Of a stretch of 64,000 bases of DNA, positions 47,515-58,938 are shown piece by piece. Made by a program: the position numbers and the translations under genes. The notes below the pieces were generated by a model. It saw only the letters and a program-made list of their open reading frames with translations. It made no database searches and was not told the DNA's origin. Origin of the DNA: Macrostomum lignano (lineage: Eukaryota); NCBI GenBank assembly GCA_002269645.1, contig NIVC01000516.1, positions 186,001 to 250,000 of the forward strand, in the 5' to 3' direction. Every line of letters starts with the position of its first letter. The first letter of the stretch is position 1.

Positions 47515-48194
47515 CGCTTGTGCTCTGCGTGCCGGACGACATCGAGGCTGCAATATTCTGCCGAGGCGCTGACGGGCAGGCGACCGAGCTCCCGCGATGT
47601 CAGCAGTTTGTCTACCTCGGCTGTCTGGTTCCAGACGCTCGCGAGGACCTGCGACGCCGCCGCGGGCTTGCTTGGGCTGCCTTTCGTTCTGTGAGGGCAG
47701 TCCTGCAGTCCGAGGCCCTACCGGACCGCCAGCGCTCGGCGCTGTTCCAGGCGGTAATCGAGACCGCCCTGCTCTACAACGCCGAGACCTGGACGCTGAC
47801 GGACTCACTCGAACAGCAAGTCGATGCGGCGCACGCTGGCCTGCTGCGCGCTGCCTTCAACATCGGCGTCGAGCGAGTCAACAACGCGGCACTCTATCGC
47901 CGCGCTGGCCTGCCACGTCCAAGCGATCTGCTGCGCCGTCGGCGACTCCAGCTCGCAGGCCATCTCATCCGCGCCGAGTCGTACTGCCCACAGCCGGTGC
48001 AGGAGGTGCTGCTGCTCACGCTGCAGGCACCCTTCCGGCGAGGTCAAGGGCGTTACGTCGACTGTCTGCTGGCTGACGCCGGCGCCCCAGACACTGCCGG
48101 TGGCGCGGCCTTTGTTCGCGCCCAAGCCATGAAGCGCGCCCTGTGACGCTGACTTTTGCCATCCTGACAGCGTATTTTGTTGTTGTTGTTGTTG
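47515..48194 (+). mobile_element. 5'-truncated RTE-clade non-LTR retrotransposon (end of RT and C-terminal region)
   Basis: FVYLG..., RRRRGLAWAAF, LFQAVIETALLYNAETWTLT and LRRRRLQLAGHLIR are typical RTE C-terminal motifs. Stop at 48146, then a (TTG)n tail at ~48177-48194. Confidence 0.88.
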
Positions 48195-48829
48195 ACTCTC
48201 AGGAGTCAGCGGAATGGCCAGCAGTGCCGTCAGCACTGGCTGTGGAACAATGTCGCCGAATGCTTCAGAGTGCCTCTGTCTTTAGGGCGCCAAACTAGCG
48301 CCAACGCAAGACTATTCAGTTGTTGATATTTTTTGGCTAGACCCTTTCAAGAAAGTGAAGGATTCCATGCGTGCCATTAGCTGTCAAATCTAAGGTTTCC
48401 ATGCATTTTCTGTCATGAATATTCTCGAATCTTCTTGTTTCTCTCGTGCTAATTCAGAATCATTTTTGTCAAGCCTTCCCTTTCTCTGCAATTTTTTATC
48501 ATTTCCCCGAGCTAATGGGAGATGGTTTCATTTGAATTCGAGCGGTTATTTAAGCTGCATCAAAGGAGAAATTTCCCAATAAATCAAGCATATGCCACAA
48601 CCTTTGAGAACGAAGATGAGCCCGTCAGCTGGGGATTGCAAATTGGAATTGGAATGGAATGCTATATTTTGTACTATTAAAAATTGCAATAAATTTTGTG
48701 TACTCATTCTTTTGCTTGCTGGTTGCAACTGTTGTCATCTGCTTGCACCACAGAGGTTTGATGGATAAACTGACTTTACCTCAAGCCCTGGCCTATCTGG
48801 TATCTTCATGTACACTACTCTCTCTGCAT

Positions 48830-49370
48830 CCTCCCCAGCCTCTTACTCCGCTAGCGCCATCCACTCCCTCTCTCTGTTTCATCCTCTTTTTCTCCCTCTA
48901 TCTTCCCTTCTTTTATCCCTGCTTCTCTCTTTATTGTTTTCTCCTCTCCCATCTCAGCTCTGACTTTTACTGTCTATACTTTCATCCCCTCCCCTCTCTC
49001 TCTCTCTCTATTTTCATCTCCCTACCATCCCCTCTCCCTCTACTTCCATCTCCCTTCTTCTCATCTCTGCCCCTACTTCCATCTCCCTCTCCCTTTCATC
49101 TCTCCCTCACCTCCATCTACCTCTCCCTCTCATCTCTCCCTCACCTCCATCTACCTCTCCCTCTCATCTCTCCCTCTCATCTTTCCCTCACCTCCATCTA
49201 CCTCTCCCTCTCATCTCTCCCTCACCTCCATCTACCTCTCCCTCTCATCTCTCCCTCTCATCTTTCCCTCACCTCCATCTACCTCTCCCTCTCATCTCTC
49301 CCTCACCTCCATCTACCTCTCCCTCTCATCTCTCCCTCACCTCCATCTCCCTCTCCCTCTCTTTTCTCTG
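48830..49370. repeat. C/T-rich low-complexity tract with internal duplications
   Basis: Polypyrimidine on the + strand. Confidence 0.85.
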
Positions 49371-50469
49371 TTCGCTGCATCTGCCATTATTTTGTTTTGA
49401 TAATCTCGTTTTAAACGCAATTATGTTTTGTACTTTTACTTAGATTCCTCTCGGTAAATTCCCATCTAGCTGCCTATCGAGTCTGTTAAACGTAAATAAT
49501 TGAGCACAACAAATGCACAAAACATGGATTGCTGCCTGTTAGGTGGAAGGCAGGATAATGCAAGCTAGTGAAATCCATTTATACAATTGTCATGCACTGC
49601 TACTCTCCCATCTCCTATACGGTGTACACACGTAACGCAATTATACACAAACCCTCATGGTGCGTTGTGCTTTCCCCGAAAAGCTAATTCAATTTACAAC
49701 AAAAAATGCCTACATGGAAGCAAACTTCAGATCAACTTTGCGTTGTCACCTCTTGACCTTGAAATCGGCAGGCTGTATAGTGTCTTTAGGCTCGTACACG
49801 TGATTGCTGTCACTATATCTGTATCTCTGATTTCATCCGCTCAATCAGTTTGAAAATTTTGAAAGTTTTACGCCGAAATTTTGGGATTGTTGAATTTTAG
49901 AATTTTGTGAAATTTTGGGATTGGGAAAGCGCCCCTTGGAAAGTAAGTGTATTTCGGCCATGAGAATTTCGGCCATGAGAATTTCGACTATGAGTATTTC
50001 AGCTATTATAGACAAGACGCAGTAAAGTTTATCAATTCAAATAAGATATTCATGCATCAAATAGATTTCATTAGTGCACTTGCAGGTGTTTCTAAAAATA
50101 GATGCTTTCAAGCAATGGTTAAAATGGCCGCAAGAACTCTGCTATTGCATTGTATTTGCTAGCTGGAAACAATTCTTACGTTAATAAGTATAGATTTTGA
50201 TCTTTCTCTAATTTTGTTAGCAATTTTCTGTCCGTCCAGAAATCTCACTGCGCTACTTTACTGCTCTATTTGACAGCATGCAGAAGTAAGTGCTGTTGTG
50301 ACAATGCTTTTAATTTCAGATGGAGGCGGAGGAGATGGAGAGGCCACCATTAGGGGTTGGTACACGCATTTTAGGACCTAATTTTTGTATGTAGCCTTTT
50401 TCTTCTGCCAAGCATTGACGACACTCTCTCAACCTGGAATGTGATAGCATTTTATTAGCGCACTCGCTA

Positions 50470-50777
50470 TTCGTGCTGACACATCTATTGACACTGACTC
50501 GCTGCTGACACATCTACTGACACTGACTCGATGCTGACACATCTACTGACAATGACTCGATGCTGACACATCTACTGACAATGACTCGATGCTGACACAT
50601 CTACTGACAATGACTCGATGCTGACACATCTACTGACAATGACTCGATGCTGACACATCTACTGACAATGACTCCATGCTGACACATCTACTGACCACTG
50701 ACTCGATGCTGACACATCTACTGACCAATGACTCGATGCTGACACATCTACTGACAATGACTCGATGCTGACACAAA
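50470..50777. repeat. 29-bp minisatellite (CTGACACATCTACTGACAATGACTCGATG)n
   Basis: About 10 units, period 29. Confidence 0.93.
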
Positions 50778-51239
50778 CTTCCCCCCATTGAACGTGACCA
50801 GTTTCGTAGATCCAAAACCAGCTGTTTCGAGCCAACTAAATCCTTCTTCTTGGTTCATTTTGAAAGCTCCCAGAACCGACAAAGAAAAGACAACAGAAAC
50901 ATGGGAGAGCAAGTTAAGCGGACATTCCAAAAAGTGCAGAGCGCCATTAGCGCTTCCTAAGCTTTCAACTACTTTTTGAGGCTCTCTCGTCCCTAGAAAA
51001 ACCTGTAATTAACGACAGTTGCTACCCGAAAATCGACCTGCGCCTCATCTATCTAATTCTGTTTGGCTTGCTTTGCCTGCGACTTGAACAAAAACTATGT
51101 CCGTGCTGCGGAGTGGGTGGCCCGCCATTGTCAATTGTGGCTGCAGTGTAGATTTGAAGGGAGGAATTTTCCATTACTGTCACGGCCACAGGGTCTAATT
51201 TTACATTCACTGCAGATCTAGCTTCCTTCAGGAACCCCA

Positions 51240-51360
51240 CCGGCGGTCCTTCAGGGCCCTTACCGGTCCTTCAGGGCCCTTACCGGTCCTTCAGGGCCCG
51301 TACCGGTCCTTCAGGGCCCTTACCGGTCCTTCAGGACCCTTACTGGTCCTTCAGGGCCAA
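51240..51360. repeat. 20-bp minisatellite (GGTCCTTCAGGGCCCTTACC)n
   Basis: About 6 units. Confidence 0.88.
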
Positions 51361-53324
51361 CCGATGTGTTGCTTATAGCCCCTGTAAGGCCCCGCGCAAT
51401 TCTTCATGCCCCAGTGGTCCTTTAGAGCCAATTCCGGCTTTCAGGGTAGCGTGGTCTTGCTTTGGCTCAAAGAATGTTATTTTCACGATATATTTTTACT
51501 GGGTACAAATAAAACTACATTTTTGTTGTTGTTTCTGCACGAGGGCCGCGCGCATTTCTTGAAAATCTTTTAGTTTAACACTTTTTGCAACTGTGTGCAC
51601 ATATATAGGCAACCTCGTCATCAATATTTAGAAAGTAAGCGCCTCGAATATTTAAAAGTTAGTACATGAACCAAACGAACCGAATATTTTTAACTACGCA
51701 CGAATGCAGCTCTGATAAATTAGCTCAAGCCAGCCAACGGATGATGATGAATCGACAGATTTTTGGAGATGAGATTCAGAAATTCAGAAGAAAGTAAAAG
51801 AAACGCTGATTTACCAATGAAATTATGTATACCTTAAAATTACGATAGTCATCGTTGAGACAGCCCAATTACAACATCTTTAATCTATTTAATTCTGTGA
51901 AAGTTACATATATTTCGTTAGTACTCGCTTAATTTCGTGCACATTTTTAAATAAGATTTGTCAGTAATTCGAGTTATAGCACGTGAGCACACAATTAGAC
52001 CTTGTTTGCCCATCTGTTTGGTTGAATGGTTGTTCTTAACTTCTTACTCGTGTCAACACTGTAACTCTGTAAAAGTATAAACTCATAGTAATCAAAGCAA
52101 CCCAAAGTAAAAAATTCTTTTAAAAAGTAGGCCTATTTGATTCTAAATTTCCAGGACTCCTTAAAGTTAGTCTTTTTTGAACGATGCCAATGAAAGCTAA
52201 ACCAAGAGTTCGAAGGCAGGCTGACTCTAAGCCACTTGCAGGTATGAAACAAAGTGGCTATTGCATTAATTTTATATTATTGACATTAGATTTATGTATT
52301 TAAAAAATTCACTTTCATGATAGCCATTAGGCATTAGCGGTTAGCTGTAGCATAGGTTCTTGGCCTTGGCCTAATCATATTATATTGAACTTGTTCAGAA
52401 TCAGAAGATTCAAGTTTCAAAGAGCTTTGTCTAAAAATAGAAAAAAACTAGTGATTGAGTTCCAACATAAGAGTCATTAGGCTTAATATAAAATGCAAAA
52501 CAAATAGACCTAGGCCCTAGCCTATTTGCCCTAATATAATAAACTTTTTATATATATATAACTTTGGCCAATTGGTTTTTTACTGACAGTAAAACCAATG
52601 TTAAAATGTACATAGTGGGAGTGGGCCATAGTCAGGAAGATGGTGTTTTACTCAGAAAATTCTGGCATACACAGGGAAATTTTGGGCCAATTTTGGCATA
52701 TACAGTGTATCACAGTTTAGAGAAAGTACCCCATGGCATGCAATGGCGTGCCACGACACACAATTATACGCTGCACCACCATGGGCATGGGGCCCTGCCC
52801 ACCCACAATATCCCAAATCCTGATGCATCAAATTTATTTTTTTAAAACTGTTTTTTAAAACTGAAAAGGAAAGAAAAAACATTTTTTCTGGTGCTAATTT
52901 TCTTTCGTTAAAGTCATTAAAATTTCAACACAAATGAAAACTTTGTTAAAGTTAGACTTTTACATTATTTTAAACTTCCATTATTATTTAACGGATTATT
53001 ATTGAAACTTCCATTCACATGCACTGCTACCCCTACCCCCCCCCCAGTTTGTCAGCGTACCACTGGGTTTTGATCTTGGCATACACAGCGTACCACTTAT
53101 TTTACCAACTTTTTATTCTGGCATACCTGTTTTAGCAAATTTATACTGCTAGACAAAATTATAGGATGGTTGACCAAAGGGTGAGGAGTGAATCAGTCAT
53201 TAGTCATACAAAATCATGCACAAGTCTATGTACATTTGAATATCAGTTTTTAGGCCTACTTTTAATGTTAGTAAAAACCAATCAAACAAAGCTATTTTCA
53301 TATTTTTTTTTCTTTATGGGGGTT

Positions 53325-56103
53325 CATACATGCGCAACTGCTGGCCGACCTGGCCGATCCGGCCACCGTAAATCGTGGCTGACCAGAGGTAAGTCGCAAA
53401 ATTGAGTCAACCAAAAACAGAAAAACACAAGAACCAAGAAAGGCAAGAGGAAAGCGAAAGAAAGAGCAGTTCAGGGAAAATGGTGAAGCAAAAGAAAAAC
53501 AATTCGCAAAAGAAGCAAACTAAGTTGTAAAAATAATCAGGTAAGTCGCAAAAAGGATCAGGTAAGTCGCAACAGGAATCAGGTAAGTCGCAAAAGGGTT
53601 AGGTAAGTCGCAAAAAGGATTAGGTAAGTCCAAAAAGGATTAGGTAAGTCGCAAAAAGGATCAGGTAAGTCGCAAAAGGGTTAGGTAAGTCGCAAAAAGG
53701 ATTAGGTAAGTCACAAAAAGGATTAGGTAAGTCGCAAAAAGGATTAGGTAAGTCCAAAAAGGATTAGGTAAGTCGCAAAAAGGATTAGGTAAGTCGCAAA
53801 AAGGATTAGGTAAGTCGCAAAAAGGATTAGGTAAGTCCCAAAAAGGATTAGGTAAGTCGCAAAAGGATTAGGTAAGTCGCAAAAAGGATTAAGTAAGTCG
53901 CAAAAAGGATTAGGTAAGTCGCAAAAAGGATTAGGTAAGTCGCAAAAAGGATTAGGTAAGTCACAAAGGGTTAGGTAAGTCGCAAAAGGATTAGGTAAGT
54001 CGCAAAAAGGATTAGGTAAGTCGCAAAAAGGATTAGGTAAGTCACAAAGGGTTAGGTAAGTCGCAAAGGGTTAGGTAAGTCGCAAAAAGGATTAAGTAAG
54101 TCGCAAAAAGGATTAGGTAAGTCGCAAAAGGGTTAGGTAAGTCGCAAAAGGATTAGGTAAGTCGCAAAAAGGATTAAGTAAGTCGCAAAAAGGATTAGGT
54201 AAGTCGCAAAAGGGTTAGGTAAGTCGCAAAAGGATTAGGTAAGTCGCAAAAAGGATTAGGTAAGTCACAAAGGGTTAGGTAAGTCGCAAAAGGATTAAGT
54301 AAGTCGCAAAAAGGATTAAGTAAGTCGCAAAAAGGATTAGGTAAGTCGCAAAAGGGTTAGGTAAGTCGCAAAAGGATTAGGTAAGTCGCAAAAAGGATTA
54401 GGTAAGTCGCAAAAAGGATTAGGTAAGTCACAAAGGGTTAGGTAAGTCGCAAAAGGATTAAGTAAGTCGCAAAAAGGATTAAGTAAGTCGCAAAAAGGAT
54501 TAGGTAAGTCGCAAAAGGGTTAGGTAAGTCGCAAAAGGATTAGGTAAGTCGCAAAAAGGATTAAGTAAGTCGCAAAAAGGATTAGGTAAGTCGCAAAAAG
54601 AAGCAACTAAGTCGCAATAAGAGGGAAGTAAGTCACAATCAGAGGCAATCAGGGGGTAGTAGGTGCAAGTGTGGCAGGAGAGCAAAAACAGAATAGAAGC
54701 CTTCAACCACAGGCAAGATCTTTGAAATCAGAAGCCCGCGTCAACAGTTTCCCATTGATTTCTTAAACTCTGGAGCAGGGGTTGGCAAACTCTGGCTCGC
54801 GAAGCCCCTCTATCTGGCCCTCGCTCCTCGGGTTCTTTGAAACTTCCTAACTACGAGTAGCAAGGTTGGTGTCTCTTCAACTCTCATCTCTCTCTTCTTC
54901 TCTACCTTGCCTCCCCTCTTCTCTCTCTCCCCCCTTTTCCCTCTTCTCTCTCCTCTCATTTTTACTCTCCTCTCTTCTCCCCCTTTCTCTCTACCCTTTC
55001 TCCTCAATGCCCTCTTCTCTCCTCTTATCTTCAGCAAAAATATGTGCATATTTTCTTACTTCAAAGTAGAGGGAATAGAAGATTAGAGATAAGCAAACAG
55101 AGGAGAGGCGAGCGATGCGATGGGAGAAAAGATAGAAGAGGAGAGAAAAGCTGAGGGAGGAAAAAGAGATGAGAGAGAAGAGGAGATGAGAGAAAAGAGG
55201 AAAGAAAAGATGATAGATGAGATCAGAAGAGAGGAAAGAGGAAAGAGGAGAGAGTAGATGAGAGAAGAGAGGATAAAGAGGAGATGAGAGGAGAGTGAAG
55301 AGAGGAGAGATGAGAGAGTAGAAAAGAGAGGAGAGATAATGAGAGAGTAGAGTGGAGAGAGACGAGAGGGAAGATAAGATGAGAGAGTAGAGTGGAATGG
55401 AGAGAGACGAGAGGAGAGATAAGAATGTAGAGAGGAGACAGAAGAGATAGGAGAGGAGAGGAAAGAGAGAAGGGATAAGGGATGAGAGAGAAAAGAAAAA
55501 GAGGATGAGAAGATTGAGGAATGGAGAGAATTTGCAAAGGCCTCAAATCTTAGTTTAACATGCATTACTCCCATCTTTGCCTTTTTCCTAACTGTTAACA
55601 AGTTTTTGTTTGAGCATGACTTCAAATTTAGAATCTATGCAAAAATAGTTCCGGGAATTAGAATTCAGTGGTTTAAAAATCTGTGGGTTTTCACAGCTTG
55701 TATCTCTACTGGATTTGTATTCTGCATCTGATGAGCCATCTGAATCAGGGCTCTCATCTTCCATGCCAAATCGTTCTTGAGCTATAGGTCACACTGTATT
55801 CACTTCACTTACTTCTGGACATTCATGAATCATGACTTTTGTAGTATGCTCACTACACTGTACTGACAATTTACTAATTGCTTCATGCCGCCACTAGATG
55901 ACACACTGATTAGCTGTTATAAAAACGCGGAATCTGCACGCAGCACTAATTAGCTGGCAAGGCATTTAGCTTTAAAAAAAATAGTCATAGTTACTCCTGC
56001 CGTTTACCTAAAGTTTTTGCTTGGCTCTTTCATAGGTAAGTCGCATTTTTTATCGAAAACTAAGTCGCACGGCCAGCGTAATTTCAGAAGTTGCGCATGT
56101 ATG
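53325..56103. mobile_element. Complete non-autonomous hAT-superfamily element (2779 bp)
   Basis: Perfect 15-bp TIRs CATACATGCGCAACT (53325-53339) and AGTTGCGCATGTATG (56089-56103). Identical 8-bp TSD TGGGGGTT (53317-53324 and 56104-56111). TAAGTCGC subterminal motifs at both ends. No transposase ORF. Confidence 0.92.
53519..54620. repeat. 21-22-bp minisatellite (AGGTAAGTCGCAAAAAGGATT)n inside the hAT element
   Basis: About 50 tandem units. Confidence 0.96.
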
Positions 56104-58257
56104 TGGGGGTTACAGTCATTTCAGCCTATAGTCCCAAAGATGTTCTATGTATATACAAAAATTTTTGACTGCACATAGCTTTCATAGGAAAAAGTTGTAA
56201 AATTGCAGATAGTGTCTGGCGCACTTTTGACATTTTTCAAAAGGGCCTATGTGTATCCTGCCCTTTCCTGTTGGCTGCTACTCTAGCAAATAAATATATA
56301 TAGAAAGGGACCTAATATTTCTATAGAAGGGGCCTATACACTTGTCATTTATAATGCTTGGAAATGTTCTAGAATTTTGATTTCAATTTTCCTAGAATTG
56401 GAATTTTTAGAGCCAATTTCAATTAAAAAAATTCAAAGTCAAAATTTTGCAAGTCTCTTAAAAGTGGCTAAAAAACTAATTTCTGTTATATATAGGCCTA
56501 TATGTATTTTGTTTTGCATAAGGGGTAAATCAAAAGTAAAAAAGTAAGTGTTGGTCATATTGAACTTTGTTTTTCTAAATTTTGATTTCAGAAAATTTAA
56601 ATTTTGATTTTGGAAAGTTAGCAAATTTCAATTTTGACAGAAAATGCTCTTTTGGAATATCTCTAATAATGCTAAAGTGTGTTAAAATAATTTGACTCCA
56701 TTCTAAAGTGTGCATCCATGGGTTTTCAACATTTATTCCAATAAAGCACATTGCATGCCAAGATTATTTGGAAATATTATGCGCATTGCACGCCATATGC
56801 CAAGGGCCTCATTTGCATTGTGCACCACACGTAAGGCATTGACCATTAGGGAGGGGAGTTAAAAGCAAAAATGCACTTTTATTTTAAAGAGCATTTTGCT
56901 TAAATATTTAAGAGTAGCAAAGTCTGTTTAAACAAATTAAATTCATTTCCACAGATTGGATTACTTTTTAGTCTTTTATTTTGCTGCAAAGTTACAAAAA
57001 TATATTAATATTATATTGAAATTATTTTTAAAAAAAATTTTGTAACTGAAATATAAAATAAATTAAATTGAGACATTACCAATTACAAATTTCCACAGTC
57101 CAGCCAAATCCAAATCTCTGCTTTATTTCTAAATCCATTTTGCACATGGCTATATACCATTTTTTTGCATATGCTGTTGTGCGTGAAGTCTCTTTGCATG
57201 TGGTAATGCACATGGTGCAAGGGCCAAAACCCTCATGCACACCACAAATTCATGGAGAAAACAGCATCTTTGGGATAGTAGATTTTGGTGAAAAGATACT
57301 TTGGCAAAGGACATTTTAGCAAAAGTTAAATATTAGTAGTCATTTCAGCAAAAGTGGTATACAAATGGCAATAACCTTATAAATAATTGACCAGCTGAAT
57401 CATGTTACTTAGTTTGAACTATATGTACTAATGTACCTAGTATTTTTTAAGTTAATTATATCTAACCCTTTTAAAAATTGTTTTGCATAATATATATAAT
57501 ATATAAATATAAAAAATCTGTTATATTTGTTTAAACTAATAAGTAAATATTGTTTATAATTAGTTACTAGCCATAGAGCTATGGTCATATAAATACATAG
57601 ATAAGAATAAGTCTATATTTCCTTATTTATTAATATTATTAGTTGACTAATGATTGGGATAGGGTATAGACTTTCAAATTTAAGTTTAAATCTTAAGTAC
57701 ACATTTTATGAAATTAGATTATAAAAACAAAAACATCTTTTATTATAGGTATTATCAATATTATCTATAAGGACTAAAAAGAGATTTTTAAAGTTTTAGC
57801 TTTTTTATTTTTATTGGTTAATATGTTGAAACTTAGTGACAATGTAATATAACCTATTATCTACCAAAGCGAATATTACACAATGTGAATATTTTTGTAA
57901 TATTGATATTTGGTTTTAAATATATCTTTGTTTAATGCTTTGTTTAGTTTACCCAGTTTTATATATATTTTAATGCCATCTTTTGGTGTTAAATTTTATT
58001 GCTATATCAAGATGCCCAAAAAAGAATATTAAAAATGCTATCAGATATATAAAAATAAAAAAATTATTATTTGGCAGATGCTCTTGTTTTCAATCAACAT
58101 AACTAGAATATTTAAAAAAAGACTGTTGCAATAGGCATATCCTTTGTATTTTGCTTAGCAACAAATTGAGATTACATTTTAACTAGCTGTCAAAATTAAA
58201 ATAAACTATTAATGTTTCTATATTGAGTTTTCTTTTTTATGAAATAAAAAGTCTAGT

Positions 58258-58352
58258 CATACATGCCCAACCTCAAAAGTTCACCCATCCAGTGCAACTT
58301 AGTTTTGTCCAGATTTGCGACTTAGTTCCTCCTGATTGCAACTTAGTTCCCC
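58258..58352 (+). mobile_element. Orphan terminus of the same hAT-like subfamily as the element ending at 1735
   Basis: CATACATGCCCAAC (58258) is the exact complement of the 1722-1735 end and is followed by two copies of the 21-bp unit from 1098-1500. No partner end found. Confidence 0.7.
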
Positions 58353-58938
58353 AAATGTTTTTTTTGTTTTTTAATGTTTTTATACATGTTTTATATTGTT
58401 TATTGCCAATAATATTTTAATAATCATTTTATAATAATTTTTATTATTTAAAAATTATTGTATTCATATCTATTGAATAAATGCAAAACTTGATATAGTA
58501 CCTATATTAAAGCTATACAAACAATACATTTTGTTATATGGATTTATATAGAACTATATAAGCTATAATGATTTATTGGCTTTTTCTAGATCATTATTTG
58601 TGTGATTTTTATGTATGCCTTTCAACTCGATACCATCTACTATTAATTGAAATTATTATATTTTTGTTTTTTAGTCAGGTGCTAAACCCTCTATAAATTT
58701 GTTAGTGCTTATAATTTCTATATAGACAAAACCTTTTAGGATTAGATGAAGATAAGATGGTCAAGTGCTTGTCTAAGGCAAAACTAGTGTATTTATGTTT
58801 AAGTTCTACCCTAAGCCTTCAATATTGAACTATTTAAACATACGAGTATATTAGACTATTCTAATGCCTAATTTTCTAATTATTTAACTAACGCACCTTC
58901 TTTACCTGGCAGAGGCCAATCAAACAGTTGCTGAGCCA

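Noticed and set aside
48540-51240. Scattered possible small exons (e.g. 50087-50150, 50240-50285, 50320-50390, 50780-50870)
   Set aside because: Splice-like signals exist, but I could not build a consistent frame or recognise a product. RNA-seq is needed.
55726-55765. CTGATGAG hammerhead-ribozyme core
   Set aside because: No downstream GAAA or flanking stems.
58900-58920. TTACCTGGCAG resembles the U1 snRNA 5' end
   Set aside because: The match is only 11 nt with no U1 stem-loops or Sm site, and it is explained as a polypyrimidine tract plus acceptor.
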